The notes under the pieces are model-generated. The model was not told where the DNA came from and made no database searches. It saw nothing but the letters and a program-made list of their open reading frames with translations. Below, piece after piece: positions 7,860-16,798 of a stretch of DNA of 49,248 nt (within the stretch, counting starts at the first letter, position 1; every line of letters begins with the position of its first letter). Made by a program: the position numbers and the translations under genes. Source of the DNA: Anaerovoracaceae bacterium (GTDB taxonomy: Bacteria > Bacillota > Clostridia > Peptostreptococcales > Anaerovoracaceae); NCBI GenBank assembly GCA_041856085.1, contig JBHAFL010000122.1, positions 1 to 49,248 on the forward strand. The letters are read 5' to 3'.

Positions 7860-9473
7860 TTATACATAATTTGCAGGATCCTCATGTATGCCGTACTTGA
7901 TAACCTCGAAGTGAAGATGAGGTCCCGTAGATCTTCCCGTGTTGCCGACAGCCGCAATCGTCTGTCCCTGGAATACCTTTTCACCCACTGCTGCGTATAG
8001 CTGCGAGCAGTGTGCATATAGGGTTTCATATCCGCCGCCGTGGTCTATCCTGAGAGTCAGTCCGTAGCTGTAATATGTGCCGGCGTAGGTTACCGTCCCG
8101 CCGTCCGCGGCATGAATAGGTGTTCCCGTCGATGCAGGCAGGTCGATTCCCTGATGCATTCTTCCCCATCTGTATCCGAAGCCGCTGTATATAGCCACGT
8201 TTACAGGTCTTATAAACGTTCCCGTTCCCTGTCTCGGCGGAACTTTTTTCGTGCCGCGTACTACTATCTTGTTAACGGGCTCCGTCAGCATCTCGGTTTC
8301 GAGATCTTCTCTTGCCACAACCTCGCCGTTAACTTTGGTGAGCCTTGCGGTAACTTTTTGTTTACCTTTCTGTCCCTCTCTCACGGTGAACTTTTCTACC
8401 TCGTAGAAGTCGTCGCTCTTCTTGTATTCGGTCTCATAGTCGACAGACTCGGCGAAAGTTCTCACCTCAACCGTCTCTACGTTCAGTATAGGTTCTTCGT
8501 ATCTTACGTTTAGAATATCGTTCTTACTTATCTCGGTTTTTTTGAAGATACCCGGATTTATCTCCTTAAATTCGCCGTATTCCATATCGAAGCGCTTGAT
8601 TATATCTTCAACCGTCTCCCCGCTCTTAGGGCTGTATTCTTCTGTTACTGTTCGTCCCGCCTTGATTATCTTAAGTACGGCGGACTTACTGTTTATCATA
8701 GCAAGCTTGGTCGAAACCTCTTTTATCTGCACGTCCTCAGCTATGCCGACATATTCGTACTTGCCTTTTTTGCCGTCAAGATAGCTGTTTATGACGGTGT
8801 CGAGAATCTCCCTGCCGACCGCCTCGGATTCGATTATTCCGATTGTCTGGTTATCAACCACGAAAGCAAACGCTTTAGTCTTAACGTCGCCCATATAGGT
8901 GAATCTTTTAAGAACCGTATTCGCGTCGTCTACCGGCTTACCGTATGAGACTGTCGGTGTGAATTTAATATCCGTAGCCGGGTCGATGTTTATGCTGAGC
9001 CCGTACTCCTTGGTCAGCTCCTCGGAAACCATCTCCAGTATTTCGACTACGTCTTTCTGCTCGTGGACGATACCGAGAACCTTACCGTTATATGCGTACT
9101 TATAATCAATGGCTGCCGCGAACATAGCCACCATCACGACGCCCGAAACTATGAAATACATCGCAACCCCGATGATGTACTGCCTGTTTTGAGAGGCGTA
9201 CATTCTCGTATCGTGTACGCGCCTCAGGAATCCCACCGTCATCTTCGTGAACAGCCATGCCGTGAAATCGCAGACATTATCGACTCCCGTCACGACTGCT
9301 GCTCCCATATCGATTATATTATCCGCTCCCGCCTTTAATATCTCGTCGAATTCGTTCAGCATTTCGTCGGACGCGTCTATTATACGGGCGCCTGTATCCC
9401 ACAGTCTTTCAATTACAGCTTGCCATCTTGCCATAGACTTGCTTCTCCCATTCTTTCCTTTACGCAGCTGCAC
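7860..9473 (-). CDS. Membrane-anchored peptidoglycan metalloendopeptidase (G5 domain + M23 peptidase)
   Basis: There is a TM helix (YIIGVAMYFIVSGVVMVAMFAAAI) and a G5-like segment (REGQKGKQKVTARLTKVNGEVV...VVRGTKK). The M23 core is HQGIDL...HLHFEV. An alternative start at 9434 is possible. Confidence 0.8.
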   Translation of the reverse strand: MQLRKGKNGRSKSMARWQAVIERLWDTGARIIDASDEMLNEFDEILKAGADNIIDMGAAVVTGVDNVCDFTAWLFTKMTVGFLRRVHDTRMYASQNRQYIIGVAMYFIVSGVVMVAMFAAAIDYKYAYNGKVLGIVHEQKDVVEILEMVSEELTKEYGLSINIDPATDIKFTPTVSYGKPVDDANTVLKRFTYMGDVKTKAFAFVVDNQTIGIIESEAVGREILDTVINSYLDGKKGKYEYVGIAEDVQIKEVSTKLAMINSKSAVLKIIKAGRTVTEEYSPKSGETVEDIIKRFDMEYGEFKEINPGIFKKTEISKNDILNVRYEEPILNVETVEVRTFAESVDYETEYKKSDDFYEVEKFTVREGQKGKQKVTARLTKVNGEVVAREDLETEMLTEPVNKIVVRGTKKVPPRQGTGTFIRPVNVAIYSGFGYRWGRMHQGIDLPASTGTPIHAADGGTVTYAGTYYSYGLTLRIDHGGGYETLYAHCSQLYAAVGEKVFQGQTIAAVGNTGRSTGPHLHFEVIKYGIHEDPANYV

Positions 9474-10690
9474 CTCCGGCCGTTTTCGTCGATGCCGGTG
9501 TCATTACATCTCTCGCAAAGATACTTAATGTCGGTGTAGTCGTATAGAAAATTGTTTTCAGTCAGCAAAATAGCCCTTTCCTGTTCGAGCCCCCTGACTT
9601 CTTTTTTTATTTCTTCTATGCTCTGCTTGCTTGAGCCTCCTAAGAGACCCCTTGATATTTTACTGGATAAATTGCGCAGATTTATGTCGATTTGACGAAT
9701 TTCGGGAATTTTTTCGTAGACCTCTCTTTTTCGCGCCTCCGCTCCTGCCTCAGCTTCTCTTCTTATGTAGTCAAAATATTTGTTGAGCGTGTTCATACTC
9801 ACGTTGTTTGAGCTGTTGACGTCCCTGCCGATGTTGTCCGCCTCCTTCTTCCAGTTTTCGAGAACCTTGTTCACATATTTCAGGTTCGGGTTCGCGGTGA
9901 AGCTCGCTTTTTCGCAGGCTTCCATTATCCTCTTCATCTCGAAATGCATTTCGTCGAGCCAGTTATCGATGAGCTTCTTCTCAGGAACGGTGATGTTTCG
10001 GTTCAGTCCGAGCATATTGAGTATTCGCCTGTAGTCTCCCTGCCTCTCCGACGCTTCTGAAAGTCTCGCGTTGATATCCCCGGTGCTCCTTAGACCGTCG
10101 CCGTGCCACTGAAGCAGCACTTTAGCCATATAGTTTATGCTCAGCTTGCCCATCTCGGCGCAGTATTCGATGACTCCCCTCGCAAGCTCCGCCGTAGCAC
10201 CGATATCCGTGAGCCACGAGCCCACCTCGCGAAGTTCCTTAGCCGACAGAGGTCTGCCCAAAACGTTTTCGGCATACTCCAAAAGCTCCCTGAGTGCTTC
10301 GGCTGAAACGCCCCCCGTGGAAGCCTCTTCGCCGCCGTCTTCCTCACCCGAGCTTGGCTCCGAATGCACCGTATCGCTCTTCATAATACAATTACCGTAA
10401 ATCTTTTCCCTGAGGCGGAGAAACTCATACTCCCCTTGGTCTGCCTTGCTCATCACGCCTTTTTCCACCCAGTAATCGAGCGCCTCGAGGATTTTTTGCG
10501 AATCAAGCATAATATGCCTCGCCATCACCTCAATATCCAGCTCCAGCCCGTGCTTTGCCAAAAAAAGAGCGTAGATATACACTTTAACATTGTCCCCCGA
10601 CGCTATAGGGAGATATTCGTTTATGAATATGTTTTCTACCGCGGTGTCGAGCAAAAAATAATCTCTCGCCGCTTCCATTCCAAGCTTCAT
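9413..10690 (-). CDS. DnaD/DnaB-type replication initiation protein with a C-terminal loader-type Cys cluster
   Basis: An N-terminal winged-helix-like region is followed by two DnaD-type repeats (GRPLSAKELREVGSWL...MAKVLLQW and EKKLIDNWLDE...VNKVLENW). The tail IPEIRQID...YLCERCNDTGIDENGRRCSC resembles the N-terminal part of clostridial DnaC/DnaI loaders. Confidence 0.75.
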   Translation of the reverse strand: MKLGMEAARDYFLLDTAVENIFINEYLPIASGDNVKVYIYALFLAKHGLELDIEVMARHIMLDSQKILEALDYWVEKGVMSKADQGEYEFLRLREKIYGNCIMKSDTVHSEPSSGEEDGGEEASTGGVSAEALRELLEYAENVLGRPLSAKELREVGSWLTDIGATAELARGVIEYCAEMGKLSINYMAKVLLQWHGDGLRSTGDINARLSEASERQGDYRRILNMLGLNRNITVPEKKLIDNWLDEMHFEMKRIMEACEKASFTANPNLKYVNKVLENWKKEADNIGRDVNSSNNVSMNTLNKYFDYIRREAEAGAEARKREVYEKIPEIRQIDINLRNLSSKISRGLLGGSSKQSIEEIKKEVRGLEQERAILLTENNFLYDYTDIKYLCERCNDTGIDENGRRCSCVKERMGEASLWQDGKL

Positions 10691-10692
10691 AT

Positions 10693-12012
10693 CTATATCG
10701 CCTTATCGCTGAATTTAGTATATCTCTCAACCCACGTAAGCGCCACAGTCTCGGTGGGGCCCGACCTGTTCTTCGCTACTATCACGTCGCAGACTCCCGG
10801 TCTCTCGGATTCCTTGTTATAGTAGTCGTCCCTGTACAGAAACATTACCACGTCCGCGTCCTGCTCGATTGCTCCCGACTCTCTCAAGTCCGAGAGATTA
10901 GGTGTGTGATTAGGGCGCTGCTCGGGAGCACGCGAGAGCTGTGAAAGCGCTATCACGGGACAGTCCATCTCACGCGCGAGGAGCTTGAGGTTTCTCGATA
11001 TCGCGGATATCTCGGCCTGCCTGTTCTCCGTCCTCTCCGGCGACGACATCAGCTGAAGATAGTCGATTACTATGAGGTCGAGACCGCTCGCCATTTTTAG
11101 CCGCCTGCACTTGTTTCTTATCTCCATAAGCGAAATACCCGGCGTATCGTCTATCACAAGCTGCGCGCGGCTCATTTCGTCAATCGCTAAATTAACGCGT
11201 TCCCAGTCGTTCTTTTCGAGAGTTCCTCGCTGGAGCTTCGACATTTCAACCCTCGACTGAACAGAAAGAAGCCTCTGACCGAGCTGCTCCTTGGACATTT
11301 CGAGACTGAATATTATTACGGATGAGCCTTCCTTTGTCGCGGTCTGCTGTGCGATGTTCAGCGCAAAAGCCGTTTTTCCCATCGCGGGTCTCGCCGCAAC
11401 TATGATGAGATTCGATTTTTGAAGTCCGTTAAGCAGCTTGTCAAGCTCCCGGAAGCCCGTAGGAGTCCCGAGGAGCTTGCCCTTGTTCTTTGTCGCCCTG
11501 TCTATAGCCGACAGGTTCTCTAAGAGAACGTCCTGCAGCTTAGTATAGTCGCTCTTCTGCCTGTTCTGAGCAATATTAAATATCTCCCTCTCTGCAAACT
11601 CAAGAATGTTTTTTGCTTCCGTGCCGTAGGCATAGCCTTTTTCGGTGATTCCCTCAGAGGCTTTTATCATTCTCCTGAGTATCGCCTTTTCGGCTACAAT
11701 CTTAGCGTACTCCGCCGCATTTACCGTGGACGGCACGTCGACCGTGAGCTGCGCTATGTAGGCTCTACCTCCGGCAACCTCAAGCCCCTTGCGGTTTTTC
11801 AGCTCTTCGGTCACCGTAAGCAAATCCACCGCTTGATTCCTCTTGCTCAGCTCCCATATCGCGCAAAAAATCTCCTTATGGCTTTCGTTATAAAAGTCAT
11901 CAGGCGTCACTTCTTCCATCACATCATAAAGCACGTCCTTATTCAGCATTACCGCGCCGAGAACCGATCTCTCGGCGTCTTCACTGTGCGGAGGTATTCT
12001 TTCCATGTTCAT
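10693..12012 (-). CDS. dnaB: Replicative DNA helicase (DnaB family; DnaC in B. subtilis nomenclature)
   Basis: The N-terminus PPHSEDAERSVLGA, the Walker A motif ARPAMGKTAF and LSQLSR/IEQDADVVMFLYRD are hallmark DnaB motifs. Confidence 0.95.
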   Translation of the reverse strand: MNMERIPPHSEDAERSVLGAVMLNKDVLYDVMEEVTPDDFYNESHKEIFCAIWELSKRNQAVDLLTVTEELKNRKGLEVAGGRAYIAQLTVDVPSTVNAAEYAKIVAEKAILRRMIKASEGITEKGYAYGTEAKNILEFAEREIFNIAQNRQKSDYTKLQDVLLENLSAIDRATKNKGKLLGTPTGFRELDKLLNGLQKSNLIIVAARPAMGKTAFALNIAQQTATKEGSSVIIFSLEMSKEQLGQRLLSVQSRVEMSKLQRGTLEKNDWERVNLAIDEMSRAQLVIDDTPGISLMEIRNKCRRLKMASGLDLIVIDYLQLMSSPERTENRQAEISAISRNLKLLAREMDCPVIALSQLSRAPEQRPNHTPNLSDLRESGAIEQDADVVMFLYRDDYYNKESERPGVCDVIVAKNRSGPTETVALTWVERYTKFSDKAI

Positions 12013-12033
12013 GTCTCCAGTCGTTTATCGTAT

Positions 12034-12120
12034 TTCGCGGGTTTCACGCTTCATGCCATCGTAATTCGCGGGTTTCACGCTTCATGCCATCGTAATTCGC
12101 GGGTTTCACGCCTCACGCTG
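12034..12120. repeat. 31-bp tandem repeat, about 2.7 copies, in the rplI-dnaB spacer
   Basis: The unit TTCGCGGGTTTCACGCTTCATGCCATCGTAA starts at 12034 and 12065 (identical copies) and at 12096 (a diverging partial copy). Confidence 0.9.
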
Positions 12121-12164
12121 CCTGAGGCCTCGCGTTTTTCGTTTCTTTCGCCGAACTTCGCGGC

Positions 12165-12611
12165 TTATTTTGAAACTATCATAAGGTTAAGCTTAGCGTT
12201 TACCTCTGAGAAGAGCTTAACGGAAGCGGATATCGCCCCCGTAGTCTTAATCGGACCCGACATCTGAATTTTTTTCTTATCGAGCTCTATATCAAACTGC
12301 GATTTTAGCGCGTCGACTATATCCTTAGAGGTGATCGAGCCGAAAACCTTGCCGTTTTCGCCCGCCTTTGTACCGATTGTTATGGTGAGCTCCTCCAGCC
12401 TTTTCTTAAGCTCCTCAGCGGCAGCCTTATCCTCAGCTCTCTTAGCCTCTATCTGAGCTTTCTTTTTTTCGAGCTGTTTGATATTTTGAGGCGTAGCCTC
12501 GATGGCTAAATTCCTCGGAAGAAGCATATTTCTGGCATAGCCGTCGCTCACATTAACTATATCGCCCGTCTTTCCCGAGCCCTGCACGTCGCTTAATAAT
12601 ATTACTTTCAT
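12165..12611 (-). CDS. rplI: 50S ribosomal protein L9
   Basis: The internal start [32 protein letters not shown] matches the canonical L9 N-terminus. The upstream part of the listed ORF lies inside the gdpP-like gene in another frame. Confidence 0.95.
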   Translation of the reverse strand: MKVILLSDVQGSGKTGDIVNVSDGYARNMLLPRNLAIEATPQNIKQLEKKKAQIEAKRAEDKAAAEELKKRLEELTITIGTKAGENGKVFGSITSKDIVDALKSQFDIELDKKKIQMSGPIKTTGAISASVKLFSEVNAKLNLMIVSK

Positions 12612-14359
12612 TTTTTTATAATTGCCTCCGTTTCCTCTATTATCCTGTTCACAACCTCCGCTATCGAAAGCTCGACCTGAGCGGCTGCCGTGGTTAGGTG
12701 ACCTCCGCCGCCTAATTTTTCCATTATTATCTGCACATTCACCTCTCCGAGGCTCCTCGCGCTTATCACCGTTCTTCTTTCCTCGTCCCTGCCTATCGCG
12801 AAAGAGGCTTTGATTCCCTTGACGGTGAGCAGCGTATCCGCTATCTGAGCGCACATAAGCTGCGAGTCGCTCCTCATCTCCTGAAAATGAGTTATCGCTA
12901 TCCCGCAGTCGAGAATCTCCGCATAAGCGAGAGCTCTCGATTTTAGTATGAGGTTCTCGATATCCTCCTGAAAAAACCTCTTAACCTCGGTCGGGTCCGC
13001 TCCCTGTCTTCTCAGCCAAGCGGCAGCTTCAAAGGTTCTGACCCCCGCCTTAATGGAGAAATTGTTGGTATCGACGGTTATGCCTGCAAGCAGAGCCTCC
13101 GCCTCCAGCTTCTCCATGACCTTTTTTTTAACCATATATTGAAGAATCTCCGTGACCAGCTCGCAGGTCGAGGAAGCGTAGGCTTCCATATAGCTGAGAG
13201 TAGGGTTGTCGATAGAGTTCTCCATTTTTCGGTGATGGTCGATTACTACGACTCTGCTCGAAACATTGAGAATCTCGGGGCACTGAACTAAATCGGGTAT
13301 ATGGGTATCCACTACGACAATCAGACTGTCCTTGTCGCAGAGCTCTATCGCCTTATCGACGCCGATAAAATTATACAGCTCCTTTTCTTCCGCCTGCTCG
13401 AGCATTATTTCGAGGGACTCGTTAGGGTCTTCTATCACTATATATGGCTCCTTATCGTTTTCCATACACAGCCTCGTTATCCCGAGAGCGGCGCCGAAAG
13501 CGTCCACGTCGGTGCTCTTATGACCCATTATGAATATCTTCTTCGACTGCACGATTAGCTGCTGAAGCGCATGTCCCACTATCCTCGACTTACCCTTGTT
13601 GCTCTTCTCTACCGTCTGGAGCTTGCCGCCGTAGTAGTCTATACGCGATATCCTCTTAACCACCGCCTGATCGCCGCCTCTTCCGAGAGCGAGGTCGAGG
13701 GCGGTATCCGCATATTCCTCGGTAGCCCTTAAGGTCTTGCCGCCGATTCCTATTCCGATAGAAAGGCTCGCAGGGAAGTCCGCGCTCGTTTCGAGAGTCC
13801 TGACCTCGTCGAGAAGCTCGAACTTGAGGAATTTCTCCTTTTCGGCTTCACCCTGATTGAACCAAACCATATATTTATTCGCCTTTACCCTGCCGAAAGA
13901 ACCGTTTAGCGAAGTCACCCACGCCCTGATTATCTTGTCAATCGCAGTTGCAAGATCGACTTCCGAGCGTTTACCGTTTCTCTCTATAAGCTCGTCATAG
14001 TTATCTATCTCAATCTTGGCGATACAAGGCTTCTCGCTGTTATATCTGTCCTTAAGGTCTTCGAACACCGTTACGTCGCTAAAAATAACGGCGAGGTTCC
14101 CATTCTCTTCCTCACTTTTGCACGCAAGAATCTTAAATACCTTGTCGTTTCTCCTGACAAGAGGGTGAACATCGCTGTCCGCCGCGTCGAAGAGCTCGGC
14201 GGATTTAATGCCGGTCAGCGCGAAAATATCTCCGCCGACTATTCCCTCATACAGGAAAACGTCCCCTATATGCTCGTTCGCCGATATCACCTTGCCGTTT
14301 TCATTTATTACCAGCATCGGCAGAGGCACCGACATATTCGTATTATATTTCTTCTCCAT
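12608..14359 (-). CDS. gdpP: GdpP-like DHH/DHHA1 phosphodiesterase (PAS-like + degenerate GGDEF-like + DHH/DHHA1), lacking N-terminal TM helices
   Basis: DHH motifs are present ([22 protein letters not shown]), as is the DHHA1 motif GGGGH. It occupies the conserved position upstream of rplI-dnaB. The stop overlaps the rplI ATG by 4 nt. Confidence 0.85.
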   Translation of the reverse strand: MEKKYNTNMSVPLPMLVINENGKVISANEHIGDVFLYEGIVGGDIFALTGIKSAELFDAADSDVHPLVRRNDKVFKILACKSEEENGNLAVIFSDVTVFEDLKDRYNSEKPCIAKIEIDNYDELIERNGKRSEVDLATAIDKIIRAWVTSLNGSFGRVKANKYMVWFNQGEAEKEKFLKFELLDEVRTLETSADFPASLSIGIGIGGKTLRATEEYADTALDLALGRGGDQAVVKRISRIDYYGGKLQTVEKSNKGKSRIVGHALQQLIVQSKKIFIMGHKSTDVDAFGAALGITRLCMENDKEPYIVIEDPNESLEIMLEQAEEKELYNFIGVDKAIELCDKDSLIVVVDTHIPDLVQCPEILNVSSRVVVIDHHRKMENSIDNPTLSYMEAYASSTCELVTEILQYMVKKKVMEKLEAEALLAGITVDTNNFSIKAGVRTFEAAAWLRRQGADPTEVKRFFQEDIENLILKSRALAYAEILDCGIAITHFQEMRSDSQLMCAQIADTLLTVKGIKASFAIGRDEERRTVISARSLGEVNVQIIMEKLGGGGHLTTAAAQVELSIAEVVNRIIEETEAIIKK

Positions 14360-14565
14360 TTTGTTTTCCTTACGTTAAGAATGATTTGGATATAAAAATG
14401 CACTGTATATTATAGCACAATTCCCGTGCGGTTTCATCTACAAGATATAGTAGTCAAGTAGACTCAATTCAATGATACAGCACATTTCTCTGCCTGTTAA
14501 CCAAAAAATCCCAATACAAACAGTACCCAATGAACCTCTTTTTTTATTATTAATAATCTCCCACC

Positions 14566-14605
14566 AAAAAAATACCCCTTTTCTCGTATTCGGGTAAAAG
14601 GGGTA
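14566..14605 (-). terminator. Rho-independent terminator about 320 nt downstream of parB
   Basis: On the minus strand a 10-bp stem, TACCCCTTTT (14596-14605 rc) with AAAAGGGGTA, has a 13-nt loop and is followed by seven T (A-run 14566-14572 on plus). Confidence 0.7.
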
Positions 14606-14892
14606 TACTGTTCAATTTCTGTTAGCAGCGATTTTGCCTATCAAAATGCTGTTATGAAATTAAGCAAAAATTTATCCACGGTAAATTTCTGTCGCTATTT
14701 TTTTCTTTTTCCAAGTCCGCATTCTTAATATTATCATCAGAGTAAAGTTTATCTATATATTCATACATATTCCCTTTATACTCCTCGAGAACCTCTGTCG
14801 AATTATCAAAAAACGGATTTGAGCTTTCCGACAGGCGTTATGCATTACAAAACGGGTTTATCTGATTAAACGGTTTCTTAATTGCCGGTAAT

Positions 14893-14908
14893 TGTTTCAC
14901 GTGAAACA
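14893..14908. promoter_or_regulatory. parS centromere-like site
   Basis: This is a perfect 16-bp palindrome, TGTTTCACGTGAAACA, lying 17 nt downstream of the parB stop. Confidence 0.85.
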
Positions 14909-14924
14909 ATTCTCAATAACCCGC

Positions 14925-15872
14925 CTATCTTAGCGTTTTTAAGATATCTATCAGTCTTTCAAGTTCATCTTTTGAGAAAAACTCTATCTCGATTTTGCCC
15001 TTTTTTGCTCCGCCGACTATGTTTACCTTAGTGCCGAGGGAGTTTTTTAATTCCTCTTCGACTCTAATCAAGTCTGCGTTCTTAGCTTTTTTCACAGGCT
15101 TAGACTTTTTTTTGCCGACCTCCGAGGCAAGCTTTTCGGCTTCTCTGACGGATATCCCCTCGTTTATTATCTTTTCGGCAATCATCTTCCTCTTAAGCTC
15201 GTCCGTAACATTGATGAGGCACCTGCCGTGTCCCACAGTAATCTTGCCCTCGGACATAGCGTCCTTGATGTACGTAGGAAGCTTAAGGAGCCTGAGAGAA
15301 TTCCCTATATACGGTCTGCTCTTGCCGACGCTCTTCGATACCTCTTCCTGAGTAAGCCCGAAAGTAAACATCATTCTGTTTATCCCCTCGGCTTCCTCAA
15401 TCGGATTAAGGTCTTCTCTCTGCATATTCTCAATAATCGCGAACAGCATATTCTGCTCCTCGGTGAGCTCCTTTATGATGCAGGGAACCTTCGCGAGCTC
15501 CGCCTTAATGGCGGCTCTCCATCTCCTCTCGCCTGCTACTATCTCATATTTATCCTTAGAGCTTCTGACAATTATCGGCTGAATAATGCCGTTTGCCTTT
15601 ATCGAAGCCGCGAGCTCGGCTATCTTCTCTTCATCGAAGACCTTTCTCGGCTGCTCCGAGTTAGGCTTGATGTCGTGAATGCTGAGGTAGACGACCGAAT
15701 CGTTCTTCGGTTTATTCTCCGAAGAGGCAGGCTCTGTTCTATTCGAAGCCGGCTCACTCCCGCCGTTATATGCCGTAATGTTTTCTGCTGTGATATTCTC
15801 TTCGGTCGAAACGGAATCCGCGAACAATGCGTCGAGACCTCTGCCCAGACCGCCTTTTTTAGCTGCTGCCAT
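14925..15872 (-). CDS. parB: ParB/Spo0J chromosome partitioning protein
   Basis: IVAGERRWRAA box, an HTH segment and a C-terminal dimerisation-type end are present. The gene is coupled to parA by a 1-nt overlap. Confidence 0.93.
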   Translation of the reverse strand: MAAAKKGGLGRGLDALFADSVSTEENITAENITAYNGGSEPASNRTEPASSENKPKNDSVVYLSIHDIKPNSEQPRKVFDEEKIAELAASIKANGIIQPIIVRSSKDKYEIVAGERRWRAAIKAELAKVPCIIKELTEEQNMLFAIIENMQREDLNPIEEAEGINRMMFTFGLTQEEVSKSVGKSRPYIGNSLRLLKLPTYIKDAMSEGKITVGHGRCLINVTDELKRKMIAEKIINEGISVREAEKLASEVGKKKSKPVKKAKNADLIRVEEELKNSLGTKVNIVGGAKKGKIEIEFFSKDELERLIDILKTLR

Positions 15873-16642
15873 CAGTTCTCCTCCAAATCAAGAAATTCGT
15901 CGGCGAAATCCATATAGGCTTCCGCTCCCTTAGACTTAGGGTCATATTTAGTAATAGGCATACCGAAGCTCGGCGCCTCTGCAAGCCTCACGTTTCTCGG
16001 GATTACGGTAGAATATACCTTGTTTCCGAAATACTTCTTCACCTCCTGCACGACCGCTACCGAAAGATTGGTTCTGCCGTCGAACATACTGAGTATTACC
16101 CCCTGTATCTCGAGCCTCGGGTTAAGGCTTTTCTTAACGAGATCAATAGTACTCACGAGCTGACTCACCCCCTCAAGCGCGTAGAATTCGCACTGAATCG
16201 GTATGAGCACGGAGTCAACCGCCGTGAGAGAGTTTATCGTAAGAAGACCGAGCGACGGGGGACAGTCTATGAATATATAATCATAATCATCTCTGACCTT
16301 GTCGAGAGCGTTCTTAAGAGTCTTTTCTCTCTGCTCTATCTGCACGAGCTCGACCTCGGCTCCCGCCAAATCCACGCTCGCAGGAATTAAATCGAGATTT
16401 TCGGTATTCGTATGTATTATCGCCTTGCGAATGTCGTAGTTCTTATCGATGAGTATGTTATATACCGTGTTTTTAAGGCTTCTTTTAGCGACGCCGATAC
16501 CGCTCGTGGTATTGCCCTGAGGGTCTATGTCGAGAATCAGTATTTTTTTGCCTTTCATTGCAAGGCACGCCGCAAGATTAATATTAGTCGTCGTCTTGCC
16601 GACGCCGCCTTTCTGGTTAAATATAGCTATTGCTTTTCCCAC
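15872..16642 (-). CDS. parA: ParA/Soj chromosome partitioning ATPase
   Basis: The deviant Walker A motif NQKGGVGKTT is present. A GTG start follows AGGAGA. Confidence 0.93.
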   Translation of the reverse strand: MGKAIAIFNQKGGVGKTTTNINLAACLAMKGKKILILDIDPQGNTTSGIGVAKRSLKNTVYNILIDKNYDIRKAIIHTNTENLDLIPASVDLAGAEVELVQIEQREKTLKNALDKVRDDYDYIFIDCPPSLGLLTINSLTAVDSVLIPIQCEFYALEGVSQLVSTIDLVKKSLNPRLEIQGVILSMFDGRTNLSVAVVQEVKKYFGNKVYSTVIPRNVRLAEAPSFGMPITKYDPKSKGAEAYMDFADEFLDLEEN

Positions 16643-16731
16643 TTTTTCGCTTCTCCTGTAAAATCGTTCTTTTAGTTTTACCTCTCCATTATACTATATT
16701 AAAGCTAAAATTACTATAAAAATATTATTTT

Positions 16732-16747
16732 TGTTTCACGTGAAACA
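16732..16747. promoter_or_regulatory. parS centromere-like site upstream of parA
   Basis: A second perfect TGTTTCACGTGAAACA lies about 90 nt upstream of the parA start. A TATAAT (minus strand, 16693-16688) sits between it and parA. Confidence 0.85.
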
Positions 16748-16763
16748 TTCATGACAAACCATA

Positions 16764-16789
16764 GAAAAAACCCTTGTCCTGCAAGGGTC
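16764..16789 (-). terminator. Rho-independent terminator after rsmG
   Basis: On the minus strand ACCCTTG-CAGGA-CAAGGGT is followed by TTTTTT (A-run 16765-16770 on plus). Confidence 0.7.
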
Positions 16790-16798
16790 TACGGTGTT

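Noticed and set aside
12034-12120. Possible CRISPR array
   Set aside because: The units are directly contiguous with no spacers, there are only about 2.7 copies, and no cas genes are present. It is a simple tandem repeat.
12612-12854. N-terminal extension of the rplI ORF (Arg/Gly-rich)
   Set aside because: It lies inside the gdpP-like coding region in another frame. Canonical L9 starts at MKVILL (12611).
15228-15917. 229-aa plus-strand ORF
   Set aside because: It is antisense to parB/parA, which are unambiguous. It has no RBS and no recognisable domain.
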